A stretch of DNA of 64,000 bases from Ignavibacteria bacterium (GTDB lineage: Bacteria; Pseudomonadota; Gammaproteobacteria; Burkholderiales; Rhodocyclaceae): positions 5,772 to 69,771 of the forward strand of contig JBLNBJ010000212.1 of NCBI GenBank assembly GCA_050259835.1, written 5' to 3'. The notes under the pieces were generated by a model. It was not told the origin of the DNA. It saw only the letters and a list, made by a program, of their open reading frames with translations, and did not search any database. The position numbers and the translations under genes were made by a program. Shown here piece after piece: positions 40,031-49,218 of this stretch (position 1 is the stretch's first letter; each line of letters opens with the position of its first letter).

Positions 40031-40352
40031 GGCGAACGACGCTGCCCGGAGGAAGGGCATCGATCTTCTCGCGGGTGACCGGGTCGACCGACTCGCCGAC
40101 TCGCAGTGCCGCCGCTTCCCGAGGAAGTTCGGCGGTGGGCTGCCCGTTGATCCAATGCGTCGGCCGGCTTCCTGAACGCCAGGCGATGCCGTCGAGGCGG
40201 ATGCCGCGCTCGGCCTGCGCGCTCTGGCGGTGCTGGCGTTCGAGCAGCTGCCGCTGTTCCGGCGTGAAGAAGAGCCGGCCCAGCGCCTCGACGTCCGTCG
40301 CGCCCGCCGGACCGGCGGCGCAGGCCAGCAGCAGGACGGCAAGCGGCTTCAC
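40011..40352 (-). CDS. Small lipoprotein (PilP/MshK-like by position)
   Basis: GTG 40352 is preceded by AGGAGG. The lipobox 'LLLAC' is followed by a 90-aa soluble part. GTGA overlap with the upstream gene. Confidence 0.5.
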   Translation of the reverse strand: MKPLAVLLLACAAGPAGATDVEALGRLFFTPEQRQLLERQHRQSAQAERGIRLDGIAWRSGSRPTHWINGQPTAELPREAAALRVGESVDPVTREKIDALPPGSVVRHGEDPH

Positions 40353-40924
40353 GCGCCCTCCTGGACGGTGACCCAGTCGATGCTGCATTCGGCCTTGAGG
40401 CGCTCGCCCGGTTCGGCGTCACGCGCCAGCGTGCAGGCGCGGACCCGCAGGATCGCCGAGACCGAGCCGTCGAGGTCGCCGAGAAAGCGGAGCAGGTCGC
40501 CTTCATGCAGGACCCGGGCTTGAAGCACCATCCGGCTCGCCGCGAATCGATACGGGCCATTGCCGGCCTGGATGTCCTCGATACCCTGCTGTTGGGCTTC
40601 CAGTTCATAGCTCAAGCCTTCCAGCCGATGCTTGCGCTCCAGGCGGGCGAGCTGCTCGGCCCAGTCGACGCGGTGTTCGGGGCCGATGATATTCCGCCGC
40701 GTCAGGTCGCGATGGGTGGCCTCCCAGGCGGCGATGCTGGGGGCGGATGCGGCTGGCTGCGCGGCGGTCAGGGCGTCGCGGCGGTTCTCTTCGCGTGCAA
40801 GAGCGGCGGCGGCATCGTCCGCCATCCGATGGGCTGCAAGGGCCGCGCCGAGCCCGAGCCCCGTCAGGGCAGCTCCGCGCGCCAGGCTTCTTCGCAACGC
40901 GGCGGGCGGCCGCGGCAGCGCCAT
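40349..40924 (-). CDS. Bitopic inner-membrane pilus assembly protein (PilO/MshJ-like)
   Basis: 191 aa. One TM segment (GAALTGLGLGAALAA), a coiled-coil segment, then a C-terminal 'VLHEGDLLRFLGDLD' region resembling PilO/GspM-type domains. Confidence 0.45.
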   Translation of the reverse strand: MALPRPPAALRRSLARGAALTGLGLGAALAAHRMADDAAAALAREENRRDALTAAQPAASAPSIAAWEATHRDLTRRNIIGPEHRVDWAEQLARLERKHRLEGLSYELEAQQQGIEDIQAGNGPYRFAASRMVLQARVLHEGDLLRFLGDLDGSVSAILRVRACTLARDAEPGERLKAECSIDWVTVQEGA

Positions 40925-42369
40925 TACAGTCGCTCTCCCATGCGCAGCAGAAAGCTGCGCGGTTCACCCAGGTCGGCGCTCCTCAACGTGCCTCGGGATT
41001 CGGCGCCGAGCGGAGCCTTGACCATGAGCACGCGGATCGAATCGCCTGCGACGCCGGCAGCGAGTTGCTCCGCCGCGCGCTGCTGGCTGCGCGGATCGGC
41101 GCCGGCGGCGAAGGAGCCGTGGACGTCGAGAACGGCAAAATGACCTTGAGCGCCGTCGAATTCCCCGGCGAGTCGCCACTCCAGGCGTTCGAGTTCAATC
41201 GCGGCGACATCGTCCAGCGCGCGGCTCAGCCGGACCAGCAGCGGCAACGGACCGGGAGACGCGCGCAGCAGTTCTTCGTGCGTCTGCATCAGCACCTGCA
41301 GCCCGCGATTCCAGACGGGACCAGGCGCGACGCGCAGTGCTGCTTCGTTCTGCGCGTTGCGGGATGCCAGCTGGTCGGCCGACGCCTGCCGCGAGAACGC
41401 TTGGGAAACCTGCACGCCGGCGAAGAGCAGGCCCGCGACGCAGGCCGCCAGGCCGGCCCGCTCGATGGCGCGGCCGGCTCGTGCCAACTGCCAGCGATGA
41501 CGTGCGGAAGCCGGAGCGAATTGTGCGGTGGGCGGCTTGCGCGCCAGCATCCAGGCGAAAAGCGGATCGGCGCCGTGCTCGACCGGCATCGCACGGAGGC
41601 TCCGGCGGCGCGCTTCCGCGGCGAGATCGAGATATTGGAAGCGCAGCCCTGCGTCGTCGCGGCAATGGTGCGCGAAGGCGGAGCGTTGCGCCGGATCGGC
41701 GAGGATCAGGACCGCCAGCGGGACGTCGCGTTTCGTCATGCGCTGCGCCCAGAGATAGCGCAGCATGGTGGCGGCTTCGGCGGCGCACGCGGCAGCCGTT
41801 TCCTCCGGCGTCGCGTCGGCCAGCGGCGTAAGGCGAGAAAAACGCAGATGCCCGTCCGTGACGAAGGTCTGCCGCAGGTCCGCGCGCGAGCAGCTCACCA
41901 GCACGGCCGGGGAAGGGTCATTGGCGGCGACCAGCTGCGCCGCCAGTTGCGGCAGCGAGTGGATGCCGCTCAACAGGGCGCCGCTGCGTTCGATCGCTTG
42001 CAGCCACGGCTCGATGGCGGCGCGCGCGAGCGTGGCGAAGAGGTAGCGATCGTCGCGGCGCCCCTCCGTCCGTCGTCCCTGGCGCAGGGCGGCGCAAAAG
42101 GGGCTGCCGTGCGCGTGCCGGACGCGCTTGCGCGCCACCATCGCCTTGCCGCCCGGCCCGCGAACGTGCGGCAGATCCTCGGCTGCGAAGCTCTCGTCGG
42201 CGAGGTTGGCGAGCAGCGCGCAGGCTTCGTCCGGATGCGCCTGGAGATGCGCAGCCAGCGCGGCTTGCGCGCCGGGCGGGAAATGCGCCTCGACGAGCAC
42301 CTCCAGCCGACTGCACGCATAGGAAGTCACGCCGGCAGCGTCGAGCACGAGGATGCGTGTCGGCTTCAC
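40924..42369 (-). CDS. Pilus assembly protein, PilM-PilN-like fusion (MshI-like by size, topology and position)
   Basis: 481 aa with a GTG start. A cytoplasmic N-terminal half of about 300 aa, one central TM segment (GLAACVAGLLFAGVQV) and a periplasmic C-terminal part. I read no definite motif. Confidence 0.4.
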   Translation of the reverse strand: MKPTRILVLDAAGVTSYACSRLEVLVEAHFPPGAQAALAAHLQAHPDEACALLANLADESFAAEDLPHVRGPGGKAMVARKRVRHAHGSPFCAALRQGRRTEGRRDDRYLFATLARAAIEPWLQAIERSGALLSGIHSLPQLAAQLVAANDPSPAVLVSCSRADLRQTFVTDGHLRFSRLTPLADATPEETAAACAAEAATMLRYLWAQRMTKRDVPLAVLILADPAQRSAFAHHCRDDAGLRFQYLDLAAEARRRSLRAMPVEHGADPLFAWMLARKPPTAQFAPASARHRWQLARAGRAIERAGLAACVAGLLFAGVQVSQAFSRQASADQLASRNAQNEAALRVAPGPVWNRGLQVLMQTHEELLRASPGPLPLLVRLSRALDDVAAIELERLEWRLAGEFDGAQGHFAVLDVHGSFAAGADPRSQQRAAEQLAAGVAGDSIRVLMVKAPLGAESRGTLRSADLGEPRSFLLRMGERL

Positions 42370-42373
42370 GGCG

Positions 42374-43567
42374 TCAGACGCCCAGCCCGGCGATCAGGTC
42401 GTACACCGGGCCGAGCACGGACACGACGATCCAGACCATCATCCCGCCGATGACGAGGACCGCGGCGGGTTCGGCGAGCGCCTGCAAGCGGTCCACGCCT
42501 TCGCGGACGTCGCGATGGAAGAAGTAGCTGACGTTGGCGAGCGCCCGGTCGAGCTCCCCCGTGCCTTCGCCCACGCGCAGCATGCGGACCACTAGCGGTG
42601 GAAACAGGCCGACGCGATCGAAACCGCCATGGACGGTGTCGCCGGCCGCAATGAATCGCGCGGCGCGCCGCAGGCCGCGCGCGATTTCGCCATTGCCGAC
42701 CACCTTCTCGGCCGTGCGGATGGCGTCGAGCACGGGGATGCCGGCGCCGTAGAGCAGGGCGAACACCGTCGCGAAGCGCGCCAGCAGCAGCTTGCGCAGG
42801 ATGCCGCCGAAAACCGGGAGGCGCAGCTTGGCGGAATCCCACAGCACGCGCGCGCGGGTGTTGCGACGCAAGGCGACGACCGCGGCGGCGGCCACCGCCG
42901 CCGGTCCGCCGAGCGCCAGGGCCCAATGGTCGGTCAGTGCATGCGACGCGGATTCCAGCATCGCCGCATGCCAGGGCAGCGTGCGCCCCATGCCCTTCAT
43001 GAGTGCCGCAAAGCGTGGAACCAGATAGACGAGCATGAACAGGATCAGGCCGAGCGTCACGGCGGCAAGGACGGCCGGATAGGTGGCGAGCCGCCGCGCT
43101 TGTGCGGCCAGTTCGTCCTGCCACTTCAGCGAGGCGACGAGATCGGCCAGCACCTCGGGCAGGCGGCCGCTGTCCTCGCCGGCGCGAACGAGGTTGACGA
43201 CGATGGGATCGAAGGCCCGCGGGCAGGCCGCCATCGCCTCTGAAAGGCGCTTGCCGCCCTGCACGTTCTCCACCAGCGCGGCCAGCGTGTCTCGCAACTC
43301 CCACCGCGTGGCGCTGTCGCGCAGGTCCGCCAGGCTGTCGGTCAGCGGCACGCCGGCGCGCACGAGTTGTTCGAGATGGAAGCAGAAATGGATGAGCTCG
43401 CGGCGCGGCATGCGTTTGCCCGCGTGCCGCGGCAGCGGGTGGCCTTCGATCAGGTCGAGGCCCAGGCGCAGCAGCCGCGCTTCGAGATCGGCCAGGTTCC
43501 CGGCGTCGATGCGTCCCGCGACGATGGTGCCGGCCGAGTCCATGGCCCGATAGCGAAACAGCGGCAT
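42374..43567 (-). CDS. Type II secretion/type IV pilus platform protein (GspF/PilC/MshG family)
   Basis: 'MPLFRYRAMDSAGTIVAGRIDA' is a typical family N-terminus. Duplicated T2SSF domains and three TM segments. Confidence 0.85.
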   Translation of the reverse strand: MPLFRYRAMDSAGTIVAGRIDAGNLADLEARLLRLGLDLIEGHPLPRHAGKRMPRRELIHFCFHLEQLVRAGVPLTDSLADLRDSATRWELRDTLAALVENVQGGKRLSEAMAACPRAFDPIVVNLVRAGEDSGRLPEVLADLVASLKWQDELAAQARRLATYPAVLAAVTLGLILFMLVYLVPRFAALMKGMGRTLPWHAAMLESASHALTDHWALALGGPAAVAAAAVVALRRNTRARVLWDSAKLRLPVFGGILRKLLLARFATVFALLYGAGIPVLDAIRTAEKVVGNGEIARGLRRAARFIAAGDTVHGGFDRVGLFPPLVVRMLRVGEGTGELDRALANVSYFFHRDVREGVDRLQALAEPAAVLVIGGMMVWIVVSVLGPVYDLIAGLGV

Positions 43568-45282
43568 CACGACCTCCCGGACAGGTCGACCACGCGGGCC
43601 AGCTCGGCGAGCGACGTCGTGCCGTCGAGCACGCGTTGCATGCCTTCAGATGCCAAGCTGCGGAAGCCCTGGCTTGCCGCCGTGCGGCGAATCTCGCCGG
43701 CCGTCGCGCGGCGGGCGATCAGCTCGTCGATCCGCTCGTCGATGCGCAGGATCTCCATGATGGCCAGCCGGCCCCGATAGCCGCTGAAGCCGCAATGCTC
43801 GCAGCCGCTCTCGCGGTAAAGCAGCGGCGCCGGCCGGGCTGCGTCGTGGCCGAGCAACTGGAGCTCCCTCGTTTCGGGGGGGTGTGGCTTGCGGCAGTGC
43901 GGACAGAGGCGCCGCACCAGGCGCTGTGCGACGATGCCGACCAGGTTGCCGGCCATGATCTCGGGACAAACGCCGATGTCGACCAGGCGGGGAATCGCGC
44001 CGATCGCCGAGTTGGTGTGCAGCGTCGAGAACACCTGGTGTCCCGTCATCGCGGCGCGGAAGGCCATCGACGCGGTGTCGGCGTCGCGGATTTCGCCGAC
44101 CAGGATGGCGTCGGGATCCTGGCGCATCATCGCGCGTACCCCGTTGGCAAAATCGAGCTTGGCCGCCTCGGCCACCGAGGTCTGGCGCAGCATCGGCAGC
44201 GGGTACTCGACGGGGTCTTCGAGCGTCATGATGTTGATGCGCTCGGAGTTGATCTGGTTCAGCAGCGAGTAGAGCGTCGTGGTCTTGCCGCTGCCGGTGG
44301 GGCCGGTGACGAGCAGGATGCCTTCCGGGCGGGCCACCATCTCCCTGAGCAGGTCGAGTTGCTGCTCGCGAAAGCCCAGGCGCGCCAGCGGGACGATGCC
44401 TTTCTGGCGATCCAGGATGCGCAGCACGACGTTCTCGCCGTGCACCGTCGGCTGGGTCGCGACGCGGAAGTCGACGGGACGGCCGCTGACGCTCAGCGAG
44501 AAGCGGCCATCCTGCGGCGCGCGCGTTTCCGCGATGTTCATGCCCCCGATCACCTTGAGGCGGACGGCCATCGCCGACCAGTAGGACTTGTGCAGCGCGC
44601 GGACCTGGCGCAGCAGGCCGTCGACGCGGTAGCGGATGCGCAGGAAATGGGCTTCGGGCTCGAAGTGCATGTCGGACGCCTCCCGCTTCACGGCGTCTGT
44701 GATGAGGGCGTCGATCAGGCGGACCACGGGGTGGCTGTAGGACTCGGTCGCCGCGCCTGCGGCACTGCCATCGGGGATTCCGGTTTCGATTTCCTGCAGG
44801 ATGCCGTCGATCGAGAGCTCATGGCCGTAGCAGCGATCGATGGCGCGCGCGATGTCCGCCTCGCCCGCCAGCAAGGCCTCGATCCGGGTTTGCGTCGGCA
44901 CGATGGCGCGCAGCCGGTCCAGCGCCACCAGATCCGTCGTGTCGGCGAGAGCGACGGTGAACCTCCGGTCCGTCGGCTGGTAGTCGAGCGGCAGCATCCG
45001 GTGGCGTTCGGCTACCTCGCGCGGCACCAACGCCAGCGCCTTGGGGTCGACCACGGTTTGGGCGAGGTCCACCGCCTTTTGGCCGAGGCATTCGCTCAGG
45101 GCGTCGCGCAGGATGGCTTCGGAAATGAAGCCGAGCCCAACCAGCAGACGGCCGAGCAGTTGATAGGAGCGCGCCTGCTCGAGCAGCGCGATGCGCAACT
45201 GGTCTTCGCTGACGACGCCCTGGCTCAGCAGCACCTGGCCGATGAGGCGGCGCGCCGGGGGTGCCTGGACCTCGGTCGGCAT
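43567..45282 (-). CDS. GspE/PilB-family assembly ATPase with MshEN-like N-terminal domain
   Basis: ATG 45282 (MPTEVQAPP). Walker A 'GPTGSGKTTT', Asp box, Walker B 'ILVGEIRD', and a tetracysteine motif 'CPHC...CEHC'. The N-terminus carries two tandem 24-aa MshEN-like motifs. Confidence 0.85.
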   Translation of the reverse strand: MPTEVQAPPARRLIGQVLLSQGVVSEDQLRIALLEQARSYQLLGRLLVGLGFISEAILRDALSECLGQKAVDLAQTVVDPKALALVPREVAERHRMLPLDYQPTDRRFTVALADTTDLVALDRLRAIVPTQTRIEALLAGEADIARAIDRCYGHELSIDGILQEIETGIPDGSAAGAATESYSHPVVRLIDALITDAVKREASDMHFEPEAHFLRIRYRVDGLLRQVRALHKSYWSAMAVRLKVIGGMNIAETRAPQDGRFSLSVSGRPVDFRVATQPTVHGENVVLRILDRQKGIVPLARLGFREQQLDLLREMVARPEGILLVTGPTGSGKTTTLYSLLNQINSERINIMTLEDPVEYPLPMLRQTSVAEAAKLDFANGVRAMMRQDPDAILVGEIRDADTASMAFRAAMTGHQVFSTLHTNSAIGAIPRLVDIGVCPEIMAGNLVGIVAQRLVRRLCPHCRKPHPPETRELQLLGHDAARPAPLLYRESGCEHCGFSGYRGRLAIMEILRIDERIDELIARRATAGEIRRTAASQGFRSLASEGMQRVLDGTTSLAELARVVDLSGRS

Positions 45283-45290
45283 GACGGCGC

Positions 45291-46004
45291 TCACGGCGTC
45301 AGCTCCCGCAGCCGCGCCGTTGCGAGCGCCAGGTCGAACGCGGCCGGACGTCTGGCTGCTGCGGCCAGCGCCTTTTCGTAGAAGCGCCGCGCCGCCTTCG
45401 GCTGGCGCAAATGATCGAGGCTGACGGCCAGGTTGAACAGGTAGTCCGGCTGTTCCGGCGCGGCAGCGTAGGCGCTGAAGAACGCGTCCTGCGCGTCGCG
45501 CCAACGGCTCGAGGCGGCGTAGAGATTGCCGAGAGCGAAATGCAGGGAGGCTTCGTCGGGCTGCGCCGCGATCAGCGACTTGAGGCGGGTTTCGGCCGAC
45601 GCGTCGGGATAGCCGTTGAGCGCGGCCAGCCCCGCGATGGCGAACCCGTCGCGCGGATCGGCTGCGGCGGCACGGCGGTAGAAATCTTCGGCTCGCGTCC
45701 GGTCGTTCCTGCGCAGGGCGACCACGGCGGCGCCGTGCAGCGCGTCGCGGCAGTTCGGCGAGGATTTCAGCGCCCCCGCGTATTCGCGCTCGGCCGCCTC
45801 CAGGTTCCCGGCTGTCAGGGCATCGAAGCCGCGCTGCAGCGCCGGGTCGAGCCTGGCAGGCGTGCGGGTGACGCGCAGTTCGGGCTCCGCGTGCGCCGGG
45901 GAAATCGGCAATGCCGACGGCAGCCCCGCCATGACGGCTGAGAGACAACACGCGAACCGGATCAGTGCGCTCGGCGTGCGGCTGGCGGTCGCCGCCCGAC
46001 TCAT
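45291..46004 (-). CDS. Secreted TPR-repeat protein (MshN-like)
   Basis: 237 aa. Signal peptide, then about five TPR-like units (e.g. 'ALGNLYAASSRWRDAQDAFFSAY'). ATGA overlap with the secretin gene. Confidence 0.65.
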   Translation of the reverse strand: MSRAATASRTPSALIRFACCLSAVMAGLPSALPISPAHAEPELRVTRTPARLDPALQRGFDALTAGNLEAAEREYAGALKSSPNCRDALHGAAVVALRRNDRTRAEDFYRRAAAADPRDGFAIAGLAALNGYPDASAETRLKSLIAAQPDEASLHFALGNLYAASSRWRDAQDAFFSAYAAAPEQPDYLFNLAVSLDHLRQPKAARRFYEKALAAAARRPAAFDLALATARLRELTP

Positions 46005-47824
46005 CGCGCCTGGCCCTCGTCGTTTGCGGCAAGCGGCGCCGCGCGCGGAAGAAAGGCGCGGTAGTGGGCGAGGTCGCCCGAAAGGGAGGCGTCCTTCAGA
46101 ACGAGCGGGCGCAGGAAGATGACCAGCTCCGTCCGGCTGCGAGAGTCGTCGCGGTTCTCGAACAGGCGTCCGACCAGCGGCAGCGAGGACAATCCCGGCA
46201 CTGACTCCGTCGTCTGGTTGGCGCCGTCCTCCATCAAGCCGCCCATCACCACGATGTTTCCGCTATCGACCCTGATCACCGACTCCATCTCGCGCGTGCG
46301 GATGACGGGGATGCGGTTCCGGATGTTGAGCCGCTGCAGGTCGGGGTTGGGATCCTCGATGCTGCCGTATTGCCGCGAGATGCTGGGACGCAGGTTGAGC
46401 AGCACGGTGTCGTTGGCGGCGATTTGCGGCGTGACGTTCATGACGAGCCCGACCGGAACCGAATACAGGTTCGTCGTGTAGGTGGTCACGGTGGTGGTCT
46501 GGTTCGCGGTCGTATCCGCCTTGACGGTGAAGTAGACGAGGTTGTCGACCACCTTCAGGACGGCTGTCTGGTTGTTCACGACGGACAGCTTCGGGCTGGA
46601 AATCACCTTCACCTTGCCAAAGGTCTCCAGCAGCGAAAGCGTGGCTGAAATGCCGAGTCCCGGCGCGACGTAGTTGAGCAGGAAGGCGTTGCCCGTGGCG
46701 GCGAAGGGATCGAGCGGCTTGCCGGCAGCGTCGAATCCGGCGGGGCTCTCCGCCACCGAGACCCCGGCGCTCGGCGGCCCCGGACGCAGGCTGCGCAGGC
46801 TTTGCCAGTGGACGCCCTGCTGGTAGCGGTCGCTGAGCGTGACCTCCGCGATCGTGGCCTCGATCAGCACCTGCCGGTGGGCGCTGAGGGAAACGTGGTC
46901 GAGGAATTCCTGGACCTTTTCGTGCTGGCGGCCGGTGGCGCGGACGCTGACGATGCCGGCCTCCGGATTCACGATGACGGAGGCCGCCTCGCGGAAGGTC
47001 GTGCGCCGGACGACCGTGGTGCCCGACTGCTGCGCCGTGGTCGGCATCGCGGCCGCGGGGGCGGGCCTGCGTGCCGCGGCGCTGTTGCGTGCGTGCGACT
47101 GCGAGGGCGACGGAGTCGGGGCCACGGTGCCGGTCTGCTGGTCCTGATGCTCGAAGACCGTTTCGTTGGTGCCCTCGGGCAGGATCTTGTCCGTTTCCCG
47201 CAGCAGGTCCTTGAGGTTCCGTTCCAGCGTTTCCCAGAAGCGATGCTGGGCCTTGTTCTCGATCTTGGTCAGCGAGTTGTTGCCGCCGCTGCCCGGTGTC
47301 CCGGTGGCGAGGGACTCGGCGCCCGCGGCCGTGGCGATCTGCGTCGTCACGGCCACCGCGCCGCTGGTGTCGCGCGCCATGTTCACGTAGTCGACGCGGT
47401 ACGTACGCAGGAATGGCGAGTCGGGCATCACGGCGAGCGTCGTGCCGTCCAGTTCCCATCGCATATCCACCTGCCTGGCGATGCGCGTCAGCAGTTGCGG
47501 CAGGGTCTGGTCGACGGCGTTCAGCGTCACCGTGCCATTGATGCCCGGGTGGACGTCCACGTTGAGCTTGGCATCGCGCGCGAGCACGAACAGAAGTTCC
47601 TGGGCCGGCACGTTGTTCACCACGACGCTGTAGGTCTCGATGCGGGGTGCCGCCTTGGGGCCCGGCAGCGCCGAACTGACGAGCACCGGCGGCGGAATGC
47701 TGCCCGCAGTGGCGGGGACGTCCTGCGCGTCGAGATGTCCGGTGCCAGTGGAAGGCGTGGTGGGGTGTGCGCACGCGGCCACCAGGGTGACAAGAAGGAT
47801 CGCCGCAGGACGGGTGCTCTTCAT
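46001..47824 (-). CDS. Secretin lipoprotein (MshL/PilQ/GspD family)
   Basis: Lipobox 'LVAAC'. The C-terminal secretin domain has 'VVMGGLMED', 'VPGLSSLPLVGRLF' and 'ELVIFLRPLV'. Confidence 0.85.
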   Translation of the reverse strand: MKSTRPAAILLVTLVAACAHPTTPSTGTGHLDAQDVPATAGSIPPPVLVSSALPGPKAAPRIETYSVVVNNVPAQELLFVLARDAKLNVDVHPGINGTVTLNAVDQTLPQLLTRIARQVDMRWELDGTTLAVMPDSPFLRTYRVDYVNMARDTSGAVAVTTQIATAAGAESLATGTPGSGGNNSLTKIENKAQHRFWETLERNLKDLLRETDKILPEGTNETVFEHQDQQTGTVAPTPSPSQSHARNSAAARRPAPAAAMPTTAQQSGTTVVRRTTFREAASVIVNPEAGIVSVRATGRQHEKVQEFLDHVSLSAHRQVLIEATIAEVTLSDRYQQGVHWQSLRSLRPGPPSAGVSVAESPAGFDAAGKPLDPFAATGNAFLLNYVAPGLGISATLSLLETFGKVKVISSPKLSVVNNQTAVLKVVDNLVYFTVKADTTANQTTTVTTYTTNLYSVPVGLVMNVTPQIAANDTVLLNLRPSISRQYGSIEDPNPDLQRLNIRNRIPVIRTREMESVIRVDSGNIVVMGGLMEDGANQTTESVPGLSSLPLVGRLFENRDDSRSRTELVIFLRPLVLKDASLSGDLAHYRAFLPRAAPLAANDEGQAR

Positions 47825-47860
47825 GCTGCGCAGACAGGCTCCGGAGAATGGGCGGGCGTG

Positions 47861-47889
47861 ACATTAGCATAACGATATTGCGAGTACAA
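47861..47889 (-). promoter_or_regulatory. Candidate sigma70 promoter of the pilus cluster
   Basis: On the minus strand: TTGTAC, 17-nt spacer, TAATGT. It lies in the only AT-rich stretch upstream of the secretin gene. Confidence 0.35.
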
Positions 47890-48056
47890 CATGCTGATTT
47901 GTAGGCATTACCTTGGTAATAATACGCTTTCGTCATATAACGTCAGGCGCCGCGGGCCGCTGTGTCTGACGCACGCCGAGGGCGCGCGCGTCCTTCGACG
48001 ATCGTCCAACTTTCGTTTCCGCTAGAATCGGACGATCCACCTACGAAGGAAGCTCC

Positions 48057-48329
48057 ATGGCGCGTACCGTCAAATGCATCAAGCTCGGCCGCGAGGCCGA
48101 GGGCCTCGATTTCCCGCCCATGCCCGGCGAAATGGGCAAGCGCATCTTCGAGAACGTTTCGAAGGAAGCGTGGCAGCAGTGGATTCGGCTGCAGACGATG
48201 ATCATCAACGAGAACCGCCTGAACCTGGCCGATCCGCAGCACCGCAAATACCTGGCCGAACAGGTCGAGAAGCACTTCTTCGGCGAGGGCGCCGAGCAGG
48301 TGCAGGGTTACGTGCCGCCGCGCAGCTGA
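48057..48329 (+). CDS. yggX: Fe(2+)-trafficking/oxidative-damage protection protein YggX
   Basis: '[42 protein letters not shown]' is the canonical YggX sequence. Confidence 0.9.
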   Translation: MARTVKCIKLGREAEGLDFPPMPGEMGKRIFENVSKEAWQQWIRLQTMIINENRLNLADPQHRKYLAEQVEKHFFGEGAEQVQGYVPPRS

Positions 48330-48343
48330 TCTGCGGGTGCCGC

Positions 48344-48379
48344 AAAACAAAAGGGCCGCTTGCGCGGCCCTTGTTGTTT
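48344..48379. terminator. Bidirectional intrinsic terminator between yggX and rpiA
   Basis: AAAACAAAAGGGCCGC-ttgc-GCGGCCCTTGTTGTTT: a GC stem flanked by an A-run and a T-run. Confidence 0.75.
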
Positions 48380-48395
48380 GCGGCGAAGAAAACCC

Positions 48396-49067
48396 TCAGC
48401 GCTGGCTGGTCTTCACGCCGTCCGGCGTGCCGAGCAGCAGCACGTCGGCGCCGCGCTGGGCGAACAGGCCATTGGTGACGACGCCGACGATTTGATTGAG
48501 TTGGGCTTCCAAGCCCTTCGGGTCGGTGATCGACAGGCCGTGCACGTCGAGGATCACGTTGCCGTTGTCGGTCGTGAAGCCTTCGCGCAGCTTCGGCTTG
48601 CCGCCGAGCTTCTCGATCTCGCGCGCCACGTAGGCGCGCGCCATCGGGATCACCTCCACGGGCAGCGGAAACTTGCCCATCACCGGCACCAGCTTGCTGG
48701 CGTCGCAGATGCAGACGAAGGTGTGCGCCACCGCGGCGACGATCTTCTCGCGCGTCAGCGCGCCGCCGCCGCCCTTGATCATGGAAAAGCCGCCGTCGAT
48801 CTCGTCGGCGCCGTCGACGTAGATCGACATGCTGCCGACGTCGTTGAGGTCGAAGATGCGGATGCCGTGGCCTTCGAGGCGCTTGCGGGTTGCCTCGGAG
48901 CTGGCGACGGCGCCGCCGATCTTGTACTTGATCGCCACCAGTTCGTCGATGAAGAAATTCGCCGTCGAGCCGGTGCCGACGCCGAGGATGCCATCATTCG
49001 GCAGGTGGGCCGCCACGTATTCGCAGGCGGCGCGCGCCACGGCCTGCTTGAGTTCGTCCTGGGTCAT
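48396..49067 (-). CDS. rpiA: Ribose-5-phosphate isomerase A
   Basis: '[15 protein letters not shown]', 'DGADE', '[11 protein letters not shown]'. Confidence 0.95.
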   Translation of the reverse strand: MTQDELKQAVARAACEYVAAHLPNDGILGVGTGSTANFFIDELVAIKYKIGGAVASSEATRKRLEGHGIRIFDLNDVGSMSIYVDGADEIDGGFSMIKGGGGALTREKIVAAVAHTFVCICDASKLVPVMGKFPLPVEVIPMARAYVAREIEKLGGKPKLREGFTTDNGNVILDVHGLSITDPKGLEAQLNQIVGVVTNGLFAQRGADVLLLGTPDGVKTSQR

Positions 49068-49218
49068 TGTGCTGCTTTCCAGATAATCGGGAGGGAAATT
49101 CTAGCCTTTCTCCCACGGCCATCCGCGCCGCGTTATGCGGCAGGGTACCGGGGCAGTTGATTGGTATGGCCCGATCCGGCCGTTCGCCTTGGCTACCGGA
49201 ACCCAATTTCTCCGCTGG

